38,864 nt of DNA. It comes from Chthoniobacteraceae bacterium. Its GTDB lineage: Bacteria; Verrucomicrobiota; Verrucomicrobiia; Chthoniobacterales; Chthoniobacteraceae. Under the pieces are notes generated by a model. That model was not told where the DNA came from. It did not search any database and saw only the letters and a list, made by a program, of their open reading frames with translations. The translations under genes and the position numbers were made by a program. Each line of letters opens with the position of its first letter. Positions within the stretch are counted from its first letter, which is position 1. Positions 1 to 8,369 of the stretch are shown piece by piece. The stretch spans positions 1-38,864 of the forward strand of contig JANNXQ010000212.1 in NCBI GenBank assembly GCA_031409655.1, given 5' to 3'.

Positions 1-515
1 TGGTCGCGGCAAATTATGGTGGCCAGATTTACACCTCGGCCGACTCCGGGGTGAGCTGGACGCCGCGGGAGAACAACCGTGACTGGTGGTCCGTGGCATC
101 CTCGGCCGACGGCACCAAGCTGGTCGCGACGGTCGTTGGCGGCCAGATTTACACCTCGGCCGACTCCGGGGTGAGCTGGACGCCGCGGGAGGCCAACCGT
201 GCCTGGCAGTCCGTGGCCTCCTCGGCCGACGGCACCAAGCTGGTCGCGGGCGATTCTGGCCGGATTTACACCTCGGCCGACTCCGGGGTGAGCTGGACGC
301 CGCGGGAGAGCGACCGCATCTGGCTGTCCGTGGCCTCCTCGGCCGACGGCACCAAGCTGGTCGCGGTGGAATATGGCGGCCCGATTTACACCTCGGCCGA
401 CTCCGGGGTGAGCTGGACGCCGCGGGAGTCCAACCGCTCCTGGCAGTCCGTGGCCTCCTCGGCCGACGGCACCAAGCTGGTCGCGGCAAATTATGGTGGC
501 CAGATTTACACCTCT
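1..515 (+). repeat. Intragenic tandem repeat, 117-120 bp unit, more than 4 copies (runs off the window)
   Basis: Identical blocks such as ATTTACACCTCGGCCGACTCCGGGGTGAGCTGGACGCCGCGGGAG recur every 117-120 bp. Confidence 0.95.
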
Positions 516-1562
516 GGTCTCGCCGGAATCCGCGGAGCCCAGGGCACCACTGCCACACTCCAATACCTCGGCAACGGCCAGTGGGGTGCCGTCGGCCAGT
601 CTCAGATTGCGCCCGCCGCTGTGACTGCGGCCAACCTCGGCGCTGATGTCGGCCTCTGGTCGGTGAATGGCGGGGATGTCTATCGCAGCGGCGGCAACGT
701 CGGCATCGGGGTTCCGAATCCCTCCACCAAGCTCGAAGTCGCGGGCACCGTCACCGCCACGGCCTTCGCGGGGGACGGCTCGGGGCTGACGGGAGTTGTC
801 GCGACGACGGTATCGAGAAGCCCGCAGCAGATCGCCCTGCTCAAATGGGGCGTCAGCTCGGTCAATAACACCTTCGCCGTGGGCACAGCTCCCAGCGGCA
901 TCTGTTTTGACGGAGCGAGCATCTGGGTGGCGAACTTTTCCAGCAACAACGTGACGAAGCTGAACGCGAGCACCGGAGCCGTCCAGGGCACCTTCGCCGT
1001 GGGCTCAAATCCCGTAAGCATCTGTTTTGACGGAGCGAGCATCTGGGTGGCGAACCGTGTCAGCGCTAACGTGACGAAGCTGAACGCGAGCACCGGAGCC
1101 GTCCAGGGCACCTTCACCGGGGCCACAAGTCCCAACGCCATCTGTTTTGACGGAGCGAGCATCTGGGTCGCGAACGGTAGCAGCAACGTGACGAAGCTGA
1201 ACGCGAGCACCGGAGCCGTCCAGGGCACCTTCGCCGTGGTCTCAAATCCCGTAAGCATCTGTTTTGACGGAGCGAGCATCTGGGTGGCGAACAATTTCAC
1301 CAACCACGTGACGAAGCTGAACGCGAGCACCGGGGCCGTCCAGGGCACCTTCGCCGTGGGCCCAAGTCCCCTGGGCATCTGTTTTGACGGAGCGAGCATC
1401 TGGGTGGTGAACTCTGGCAGCAACAACGTGACGAAGCTGAACGCGAGCACCGGAGCCGTCCAGGGCACCTTCGCCGTGGGCACAGCTCCCGACGGCATCT
1501 GTTTTGACGGAGCGAGCATCTGGGTGGCGAACCAAAACAGCAACAACGTGACGAAGCTCTAG
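3..1562 (+). CDS. 5'-partial tandem-repeat protein: BNR/sialidase-like blades, fibre-like GNVGIG linker, C-terminal YVTN/YncE-like beta-propeller
   Basis: Frame is open from the window edge. 40-aa repeats 'SVASSADGTKLVA..GGQIYTSADSGVSWTPRE', then 'GGNVGIGVPNPSTKLEVAGTV', then six ~40-aa repeats 'FAVG..P..ICFDGASIWVAN....NVTKLNASTGAVQGT'. Confidence 0.85.
   Translation, partial: VAANYGGQIYTSADSGVSWTPRENNRDWWSVASSADGTKLVATVVGGQIYTSADSGVSWTPREANRAWQSVASSADGTKLVAGDSGRIYTSADSGVSWTPRESDRIWLSVASSADGTKLVAVEYGGPIYTSADSGVSWTPRESNRSWQSVASSADGTKLVAANYGGQIYTSGLAGIRGAQGTTATLQYLGNGQWGAVGQSQIAPAAVTAANLGADVGLWSVNGGDVYRSGGNVGIGVPNPSTKLEVAGTVTATAFAGDGSGLTGVVATTVSRSPQQIALLKWGVSSVNNTFAVGTAPSGICFDGASIWVANFSSNNVTKLNASTGAVQGTFAVGSNPVSICFDGASIWVANRVSANVTKLNASTGAVQGTFTGATSPNAICFDGASIWVANGSSNVTKLNASTGAVQGTFAVVSNPVSICFDGASIWVANNFTNHVTKLNASTGAVQGTFAVGPSPLGICFDGASIWVVNSGSNNVTKLNASTGAVQGTFAVGTAPDGICFDGASIWVANQNSNNVTKL
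869..1559 (+). repeat. Intragenic tandem repeat, 117-120 bp unit, about 6 copies
   Basis: CATCTGTTTTGACGGAGCGAGCATCTGGGT and GTGACGAAGCTGAACGCGAGCACCGG recur every 117-120 bp. Confidence 0.95.
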
Positions 1563-1748
1563 CCGCGCCCCCCCGCCGCCCATGCCCGCCCCCATCCCGC
1601 CGCCGCGCCGGCTGCCCATCGAACCGGGAGCATCCCACTTTGAACAAGGAACCATGAACACCCCCGCCGCCGCTCCTTCGCCGCCCCTCGCGAACATCCG
1701 CGCTTCGAGCGCGCGGGCGAAGAAGAAGGCGGTGGCACAAACCATCCG

Positions 1749-1777
1749 TTGCCCGCTGCGCCCGGTTTCGCTAGTCT
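1749..1777 (+). promoter_or_regulatory. Candidate sigma70 promoter giving a leaderless antitoxin mRNA
   Basis: TTGCCC (1749-54), 17-bp spacer, TAGTCT (1772-77), ATG 7 nt later at 1785; no Shine-Dalgarno sequence. Confidence 0.45.
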
Positions 1778-1784
1778 CCGCGCC

Positions 1785-2012
1785 ATGATTACCATCCAGG
1801 AAACCCTCATGGTGGATGCGCAAGGGCAGGCCGTCATCACGCTGCCGCCCTCGGTGAAGCCGGGTCCGCACCGGGCGGTGCTGCAGATCGAGGATGCGGT
1901 GGAGGCCGTGCCCGCCATGCCCGTGACCCCGAAGGCGGGATGCCTGAAAGGCTTTTGGATGGCACCGGACTTTGACGCGCCGCTGGAGGACTTCCGGGAG
2001 TATATGGAATGA
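1785..2012 (+). CDS. Type II antitoxin (DUF2281/VapB-like)
   Basis: Small ORF ending 'AGCLKGFWMAPDFDAPLEDFREYME', a tail typical of antitoxins paired with PIN toxins; ATGA overlap with the next gene. Confidence 0.85.
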   Translation: MITIQETLMVDAQGQAVITLPPSVKPGPHRAVLQIEDAVEAVPAMPVTPKAGCLKGFWMAPDFDAPLEDFREYME

Positions 2013-2395
2013 ATCTGCTCCTCGATACGCACGCGCTGATTTGGTTTCTGGAGAATGATCCGAAACTGAGCGCCGCGGCGCGGGAGGTGATCGAGGAACC
2101 CGCGAACCAGCGATGGGTAAGCATGGCCAGCGGATGGGAGATGGCGATCAAGTCGCAGCTGGGAAAGCTGCGGTTGCCGCTGGTTTTCGAGGGATTGTTT
2201 CCCGGTGCGCTGGAAGCACGCGGCTTTTCCATCCTGCCAATTCAGGCGGGACATTTGCACCGCTATCATGCGCTCCCGTTGCATCACCGCGATCCTTTCG
2301 ACCGTCTGCTCGTCGCGCAGGCGCTCGCGGATGGCTTCACCGTCGTCGGCACCGATCCGGCGTTCGATGCCTACGGCGTGCCGCGAATCTGGTGA
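2009..2395 (+). CDS. vapC: PIN-domain VapC toxin
   Basis: 'MNLLLDTHALIWF', 'S..WEMAIK', 'HRDPFDRLLVAQA' PIN motifs; 128 aa. Confidence 0.93.
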   Translation: MNLLLDTHALIWFLENDPKLSAAAREVIEEPANQRWVSMASGWEMAIKSQLGKLRLPLVFEGLFPGALEARGFSILPIQAGHLHRYHALPLHHRDPFDRLLVAQALADGFTVVGTDPAFDAYGVPRIW

Positions 2396-2417
2396 CGCGA
2401 CCGCTTTCTCTCCTGCC

Positions 2418-3332
2418 ATGAAAACACCCATCTTCCTCGCCGCGGTGCTCGCACCTGCGCTGTCCTTTGCCGGCCCGCGCACCTCGGCCAGCTACTCCAT
2501 CGTCACCGATACCGCCGACGCCGGCGGCAAGCGTAGTACCAGCGTCAACTACACGAATGACGGCAGCGCAGGCGGCATCGCGGGTATTGCCACCGTCGCC
2601 GCGCCCGCCGAGACCGCGAAGCACGGCTACCTCGGCCAGCTTTACGACGTGACCGGCCTGGTGCTCAGCGCCACGCCCACCACGGTGAACGAAGGCGGCA
2701 CGCTGCCCCTGAGCGCCGCGCAACTCCTCGACGACGCGACGACGCTCGCCGTGCCGGCTGCGTCGGTCGCGTGGAGCGTGGCCGCCGGGCCGCTCGCCTC
2801 CATCAATGCCAGCGGCGTGGCCACCGCGGGTGTGGTGTATCAAAACACCGCCGCCACCGCGCAGGGTAACTTCGCGGGTAACCTCAGCACCCTCGCGCTC
2901 ACCGTGTTGAATGTGAACCTGGATAACTTTGGCGCCTACGCCAGCGACACCCTCGACGACGCCTGGCAGGTGCAATACTTCGGCCAGCCCCCGAACGCGA
3001 ACGCCGGCCCGCTCGTGGACGCCGACAACGACGGGCAGAGCAATGCCTTCGAATACACCGCCGGGCTCGTGCCAACGGATCCAGCCTCGCGGTTCAGCAT
3101 CGCGATCGCATCCGTCGCCGGCCAGCCTGGGAGGAAGAATATCATCTTCAACCCGCTCGTCCTCACCGGGGGCCGCAGTTATTTGGTGAAGTTCCGCCCC
3201 GACCTGGCGACCGGCACCTGGACGGCGCTCACCGGCACGACGCAAAGCGACGCCGGCGAGCAACGCACCGTGACCGACCTGAACGCGACGGGTGCGAAGA
3301 AGTTTTACCAGGTGGAGATCACCAAGCCGTAG
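2418..3332 (+). CDS. Secreted protein with Ig-like domain, Asp-rich 'DADNDGQSNAFEY' motif and C-terminal 'FYQV' domain
   Basis: Signal peptide MKTPIFLAAVLAPALSFA; ends 'RSYLVKFRPDLATGTW...TVTD...KKFYQVEITKP'. Confidence 0.8.
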   Translation: MKTPIFLAAVLAPALSFAGPRTSASYSIVTDTADAGGKRSTSVNYTNDGSAGGIAGIATVAAPAETAKHGYLGQLYDVTGLVLSATPTTVNEGGTLPLSAAQLLDDATTLAVPAASVAWSVAAGPLASINASGVATAGVVYQNTAATAQGNFAGNLSTLALTVLNVNLDNFGAYASDTLDDAWQVQYFGQPPNANAGPLVDADNDGQSNAFEYTAGLVPTDPASRFSIAIASVAGQPGRKNIIFNPLVLTGGRSYLVKFRPDLATGTWTALTGTTQSDAGEQRTVTDLNATGAKKFYQVEITKP

Positions 3333-3344
3333 TCGAAGGACCGG

Positions 3345-3426
3345 CACGATCTGCACTCCCATCCCGGCCGCGTGGAGAAGGTGCGGGCGGCGATCAAGTT
3401 GGGGACGTTTGCGGAGTTTCGGCGGG
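3345..3426 (+). pseudogene. tgt: Probable degenerate 3'-end fragment of queuine tRNA-ribosyltransferase
   Basis: Translates HDLHSHPGRVEKVRAAIKLGTFAEFRR, resembling the Tgt C-terminal helix (HNL.F...M...R.AI..G.F..F). Recognised from memory, not from a search. Confidence 0.5.
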
Positions 3427-3470
3427 CGGGTCGATGGGTACGAGGCTTAGGCCAGAAGGCAGTGGCTCGG

Positions 3471-3656
<186 letters not shown>

Positions 3657-3675
3657 TCCCCACCGCCCCTCCGCT

Positions 3676-4509
3676 TCACCCCACCGTATTCACGAGCTCG
3701 CCGAGGCCGGCGATGGAGATGCGCATTTCGTCGCCGCTCTGGAGCGTGAAATCATTTGGCGGCACCGTGCCGGTGCCGGTGAGGAGATAGCAGCCGGCGG
3801 GGAAGAAATTGTCGCGCAGGAGCCAGTCGGCCAGCTCCGGGAGCGTGCGTTTCATCTGCGCCACGGAGGTCGCGCCGTGAAAGGCGGTGGCGCCGGCACG
3901 GACGATCTTGAGTTCGATCGCGGTCTCGCGCGGCACTGGCTCGCGGACGACGAGGCCGGGGCCGAGCGCGCAGCATTGGCTCCAGACTTTGGCCTGTGGG
4001 AGATAGAGGGGATTTTCACCCTCGATATCGCGGGAGCTGAGATCATTGCCGATGGTGTAGCCGAAGATCGCGCCGTGGGAATTGATCGCGAGCGCGAGTT
4101 CGGGTTCCGGGACATTCCACCGGGCGTCGCTCCGCAGCCGCATGCTGGACCCGGGCGCGACGACGCGGTGCGGCGTGGCTTTGAAGAAAAGCTCCGGGCG
4201 ATCCGCGGCATAGACGCGATCGTAGAAGGTTCCGCCGCCTGCGTCCTTCGATTCATCCATGCGCGCGTCGCGGGAACGCAGGTAGGTCACGCCGGCGGCC
4301 CACACTTCCTGACTCTCGATCGGCGCGAGCCATTGCGTGGGCTTCGCGATCACGGGAGCAGCGCTCACCGCCGCGGCGAGCCAGGCGGCGGGGTCGGGAG
4401 CGGTGAAAAGCGCATCGAGACTGTGCTCCGCAAGCAGGGCGAAACCTTCACCACGCTGCGCGATCAGGCCGGCAGCCGAGCGATAAACTGTGATGGGCGG
4501 GAGTGGCAT
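3676..4509 (-). CDS. Fumarylacetoacetate hydrolase family, 2-keto-3-deoxy-pentonate dehydratase-like
   Basis: '[12 protein letters not shown]', 'RPELFFKA', 'WNVPEPEL', '[21 protein letters not shown]'; start placed at MPLPPITVY. Confidence 0.88.
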   Translation of the reverse strand: MPLPPITVYRSAAGLIAQRGEGFALLAEHSLDALFTAPDPAAWLAAAVSAAPVIAKPTQWLAPIESQEVWAAGVTYLRSRDARMDESKDAGGGTFYDRVYAADRPELFFKATPHRVVAPGSSMRLRSDARWNVPEPELALAINSHGAIFGYTIGNDLSSRDIEGENPLYLPQAKVWSQCCALGPGLVVREPVPRETAIELKIVRAGATAFHGATSVAQMKRTLPELADWLLRDNFFPAGCYLLTGTGTVPPNDFTLQSGDEMRISIAGLGELVNTVG

Positions 4510-4699
4510 GGGGCCGCGAGTATGGGCCAGAACAGGATCGCGGGGGAAGGGCGGAAAGCGCTCACCATCAGAAGGACGGGTGCCGATTTGAAGTTTTGCC
4601 TCCTCCGCCAAGGAACCAAAAAGCCCGATGGTCTAATTTTATCAGCCCATCCCGCTTTTTCATCTTGTGAAACCCCGGCGGGAATTTACTCAAGTGTTT

Positions 4700-5836
4700 A
4701 TGAATTCGCCCAATGAGGCATTGCCCCCCGAGCGCGACGATGGAGCGGGCGGCGGGAGCACGGCACCCAAAAAGCTCGGCGACTTGCATAAAGCCATCAC
4801 GATGGCCGAGATCGCCAAGCAAGCGGGAGTCTCGCAAGGCGCGATCTCTTCGCTCCTGAATGACCGCGACTACGGGATCCGGGTGAGTGAGAAAACGCGG
4901 GAGCGTGTTTTTAAGGTGTGCCGCGATCTCGGCTACATTCCGAACGATCTGCGCGCGGTCGTGCGGATGTATCCGGAGTTCGGCGATTTCTGCCTGCTGC
5001 TCTCGGACCAAATCCCCGGCGGACTCGCCCACCCATTCTGCGCCCGCCTCGCCGCGGGGTGCCAGGCGGCGATGCAGGAGCCATCGCGCCCGCTCACCCT
5101 CGCCACCTACGAAGACGCCCGCGACTACGCGGGCGATCCGACGATCCTCCCGCAGCCAGTGTCCTCGGGGGTGGTCTCGAAATTTCTCTGCCACGGCAGT
5201 GCGAATAGTTCTCTGCTGCACACCCTCGCCAAGCGCGGCTTCCCGATGGTGAGTCTGGGCTACGACGCTCCTCTGCCTGGCGTGGTCAGCATCGTGCCGG
5301 ACTACATGCAGGCCGCACGCCTCGCGATCGAGCATTTCGTCGAGCTGGGACATCGGCAGATCGCCATCATCTCCGGGGCTTTCGGGACGAGCGATTGGCC
5401 GATCCTCGAGCTGAATCACGGCGTCCGCCTCGCCTGCGACGCGCTCCGCATCCCGCTCGAGCCGCACAACATCATCTACAGCGAAGCGGCCGGCGACCTC
5501 GGAGCGGCGCTCACCGAGCTCCTGGCGCGCAAACCGGAGCCGACCGCCATCTTCTGCATGACCGACGCGACGGCAGCGGCGGCCGTGGCGATCGCGGCGG
5601 AGCGCAAGAGCCCCGCGCCCCAAAAACTCAGCGTCATCGGCTGTGGCGACGATCCCTGCGCGCGCCTCGTGCATCCACGGCTCACGACCATCCGGCTGCC
5701 CGTGGAAGAACTCGCCGCCGCGGGCATCGCGGAGATCGATCGCATGGTCCGCGAGCCCATCCCCAGCGAGCCGCGGAAGGTGCTGCTGCCGGTGTCCCTG
5801 GTGAAGCGCGACTCCTGCGCGGTGGCCCGCAAATAG
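4700..5836 (+). CDS. LacI-family transcriptional regulator
   Basis: HTH 'ITMAEIAKQAGVSQGAISSLLN...VSEKTRERV', sugar-binding domain 'LSVIGCGD...PRLTTI'; divergent from the FAH gene; start uncertain. Confidence 0.93.
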   Translation: MNSPNEALPPERDDGAGGGSTAPKKLGDLHKAITMAEIAKQAGVSQGAISSLLNDRDYGIRVSEKTRERVFKVCRDLGYIPNDLRAVVRMYPEFGDFCLLLSDQIPGGLAHPFCARLAAGCQAAMQEPSRPLTLATYEDARDYAGDPTILPQPVSSGVVSKFLCHGSANSSLLHTLAKRGFPMVSLGYDAPLPGVVSIVPDYMQAARLAIEHFVELGHRQIAIISGAFGTSDWPILELNHGVRLACDALRIPLEPHNIIYSEAAGDLGAALTELLARKPEPTAIFCMTDATAAAAVAIAAERKSPAPQKLSVIGCGDDPCARLVHPRLTTIRLPVEELAAAGIAEIDRMVREPIPSEPRKVLLPVSLVKRDSCAVARK

Positions 5837-5906
5837 CTACCCGGCAGACCGATTCCTAAATGGGCCTTGACGCCCGCAAAAACCTCACCGAGAAAACCGC
5901 CCCCAA

Positions 5907-6317
5907 ATGAGTCCTCCAGCCCTCGCCTCCACCGCCATCTCCGCCCTCGCGGCCCTCCTGAGCCTGATCGTGTTTTTCCGCGTCGGCTCGAATCTGACGC
6001 TGCAAACGGAAATGCAAAAGCGTTCGCAGGACATCCAGACGCAGCAGCAGGAGCTGGAACTGCAAAAGCAGCAGCTCCAAGCGATGCAGCAGCAGGTGAA
6101 TACGGCGACGCAGCTCTCGCAGCAGCTCGGGCCGCAAGTCATCGGCAGCCTGAAAATCGTCGGCATGCGCGGGAACAACGCGCGCATCTTCGCCATGCTG
6201 AACAAATACGGCGTGACCGTGAGTGACGCCGACAAGGAGCAGATCAAAAAGCTCCTTGAAGAACAGCCGAAGGCGAATTCCGCCCCCGGCACCGCGACCC
6301 CAGCCCCCGCCAAATAA
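5907..6317 (+). CDS. Hypothetical membrane-anchored coiled-coil protein
   Basis: N-terminal hydrophobic segment, Gln-rich heptads, Pro/Ala tail. Confidence 0.75.
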   Translation: MSPPALASTAISALAALLSLIVFFRVGSNLTLQTEMQKRSQDIQTQQQELELQKQQLQAMQQQVNTATQLSQQLGPQVIGSLKIVGMRGNNARIFAMLNKYGVTVSDADKEQIKKLLEEQPKANSAPGTATPAPAK

Positions 6318-6326
6318 GAATCTCCC

Positions 6327-6770
6327 ATGGACGACACCGAATACTCCGCCGAACCGCAGTCTTTTGCGGGCAGCCTCCACCTCCCGATCGCCCTCATCGG
6401 CCTCGCCTTCGCGATCTACTTTTTCTCCGAGCTCCGCTCCGCGGGCAAGCAGGCCGACGTCCTGAAATGGCAGCTCAGTGGCCTCGACCGCCAGACGGAA
6501 TCTCTCTCGAATGCGAAGCGCGAACTCAGCGGCATCATCATGAAGAATGATGAGGTCGTGAAGCAGGCGCAGCAGATCCAGGGGCAATACACGAACATGT
6601 TCAACGACCTGCTCGAACTCTCCAAGGACGACAAGGACGCGAAGGAAATCGTGGACAAATGGGGCATCAAACGCAACGGCGAACAGCCCGCCGCGCAGCC
6701 CGCTCCGGCGGTGCCCGCCGACGCTGCCCCAGCGGCAAAAGAGGAGCCAAAGGCTCCCGCTCTCCGCTAA
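6327..6770 (+). CDS. Hypothetical membrane-anchored coiled-coil protein
   Basis: TM 'LPIALIGLAFAIYFF', coiled coil, Pro/Ala tail; 9 bp after the previous gene. Confidence 0.78.
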   Translation: MDDTEYSAEPQSFAGSLHLPIALIGLAFAIYFFSELRSAGKQADVLKWQLSGLDRQTESLSNAKRELSGIIMKNDEVVKQAQQIQGQYTNMFNDLLELSKDDKDAKEIVDKWGIKRNGEQPAAQPAPAVPADAAPAAKEEPKAPALR

Positions 6771-6796
6771 GTCCGACCGCGCGCTGAATAGCTTTC

Positions 6797-6835
6797 GGGC
6801 GGCTCCGCAGCGATGCGGAGCCGCCCTTTTTCTTT
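6797..6835 (+). terminator. Rho-independent terminator
   Basis: 13-bp perfect stem GGGCGGCTCCGCA, GCGA loop, TGCGGAGCCGCCC, then TTTTTCTTT. Confidence 0.92.
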
Positions 6836-6898
6836 CCCGCTCGGACTTTTCACAAAGGCTCTTGCCTTCGCCAACGCACCGTCGCTCATTTTCCTCTC

Positions 6899-8224
6899 AT
6901 GCCAGATTCCCTAGAAACGTCCGCCCGCTCGATCGTCCAGCGCCTCCAGGAGGCTGGCTTCACGGCGCTCTACGCCGGCGGCTGCGTCCGCGATCGGCTC
7001 ATGGGGGTGGCTCCGCACGACTACGACATCGCCACGGATGCCCAGCCCGCGCAGGTCCAGGGACTCTTCCGCCGCACGGTGGCGGTCGGCGCGCATTTCG
7101 GCGTGATCAGCGTGCTGGAAGATGACGCCGAGTTTCAGGTCGCTTCGTTTCGCGCGGACGGCCTCTACCTCGATGGTCGCCATCCCGAGAGCGTCACTTT
7201 CTCCACTCCGGAAAAGGACGCGCAGCGCCGCGATTTCACGGTCAATGGGATGTTCTTCGATCCGATCCGCGAGGAGGTCATCGACTACGTGGGCGGCCAG
7301 CGCGATCTCTCCGCACGGCTCCTCCGGGCGATCGGCGACCCCGCAGCGCGGATCGCCGAGGATCGGCTCCGGATGATGCGGGCCGTGCGCTTTGCCACGG
7401 TGCTCGGCTTTGACATCGACCCACCGACCTGGCGGGCGGTCTGCGAACATTCCAATGCGATCCACGAAGTCAGCGCTGAGCGGATCCGCGAGGAACTCGT
7501 AAAAATCCTCCTCCATCCGCGCCGCGTGCGCGGCTTTGATCTGCTCGATGAAAGCGGACTGCTCCGGGAGATTCTGCCCGAGATGGAGGCCCTGAAAGGC
7601 TGCGAGCAGCCACCGCAATTTCACCCGGAAGGGGATGTCTTCGTCCACACGCGCATCATGCTCTCGCTGCTGCCGGCGGAGGTCACCGTACCGCTCGTCT
7701 GCTCGGTGCTCTTGCACGACATCGGCAAGCCCGGCACCTCCAGCGTGGACCCCGATGGGCGCATCCGTTTTTCCGGCCACGACAAGCTCGGGGCCACGAT
7801 GACCGAGGCCATGCTGACCCGGCTCCGGTTCGCGCGCCGCGATATCGAGGCGACCGTCGAAGCCGTGGCTCAGCACATGGTCTTCAAGGATGTCCAGCAG
7901 ATGCGTGTGGCGAAGTTAAAGCGTTTCATGTCGCGCCCGTATTTCGCCGACGAGATGGAGCTCCACCGGGTCGATTGCACGAGCAGCCATGGCGCGCTGG
8001 ATAACTACGAGTTTCTCCACTCGAAACAGGCGGAATTTGCTGCCGAACCGCTGATCCCTCCGCCGCTCGTCACGGGACGTGACCTAATGGCGCTCGGCCT
8101 CACCCCCAGCCCGCTCTTCAGCGAAATCCTGGAAGCCGTGCAATCGCGGCAACTCGAAGGAGCCCTGAAGGATAAGGAGGAGGCGCTCGCCTGGGTGCGG
8201 CAGGAATTTGTAGCCGCGCGCTAG
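6899..8224 (+). CDS. cca: Class II tRNA nucleotidyltransferase (CCA-adding/poly(A) polymerase family) with HD domain
   Basis: 'GGCVRD..G..PHDYDIAT', 'DAQRRDFTVN', 'EDRLRMMRAVRF', 'SAERIREE', 'HPEGDV..H', 'LLHDIGK'. Confidence 0.9.
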   Translation: MPDSLETSARSIVQRLQEAGFTALYAGGCVRDRLMGVAPHDYDIATDAQPAQVQGLFRRTVAVGAHFGVISVLEDDAEFQVASFRADGLYLDGRHPESVTFSTPEKDAQRRDFTVNGMFFDPIREEVIDYVGGQRDLSARLLRAIGDPAARIAEDRLRMMRAVRFATVLGFDIDPPTWRAVCEHSNAIHEVSAERIREELVKILLHPRRVRGFDLLDESGLLREILPEMEALKGCEQPPQFHPEGDVFVHTRIMLSLLPAEVTVPLVCSVLLHDIGKPGTSSVDPDGRIRFSGHDKLGATMTEAMLTRLRFARRDIEATVEAVAQHMVFKDVQQMRVAKLKRFMSRPYFADEMELHRVDCTSSHGALDNYEFLHSKQAEFAAEPLIPPPLVTGRDLMALGLTPSPLFSEILEAVQSRQLEGALKDKEEALAWVRQEFVAAR

Positions 8225-8369
8225 ACTTCTGCCGCAAACGCTCTGCGCATCGTCAGAAAGTCGAGCGGAGGGAAATCAGCACTCGATATTTAACACAAAT
8301 GATGATACGTCCGCTGATCCTCGCGTGGAACGCACCCCGCTTTAATCCTCCCCACTGTTTCGTTCGCCT

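Noticed and set aside
1..1559. CRISPR-like alternation of constant and variable blocks
   Set aside because: Units are in-frame 117-120 bp coding repeats, the variable parts are only a few codons, and no cas genes are present.
1652..1692. Possible degenerate duplicate of the 5' end of the gene at 2418 (CCATGAACACCCCC vs CCATGAAAACACCC)
   Set aside because: The similarity is too short and low-complexity to support by eye.
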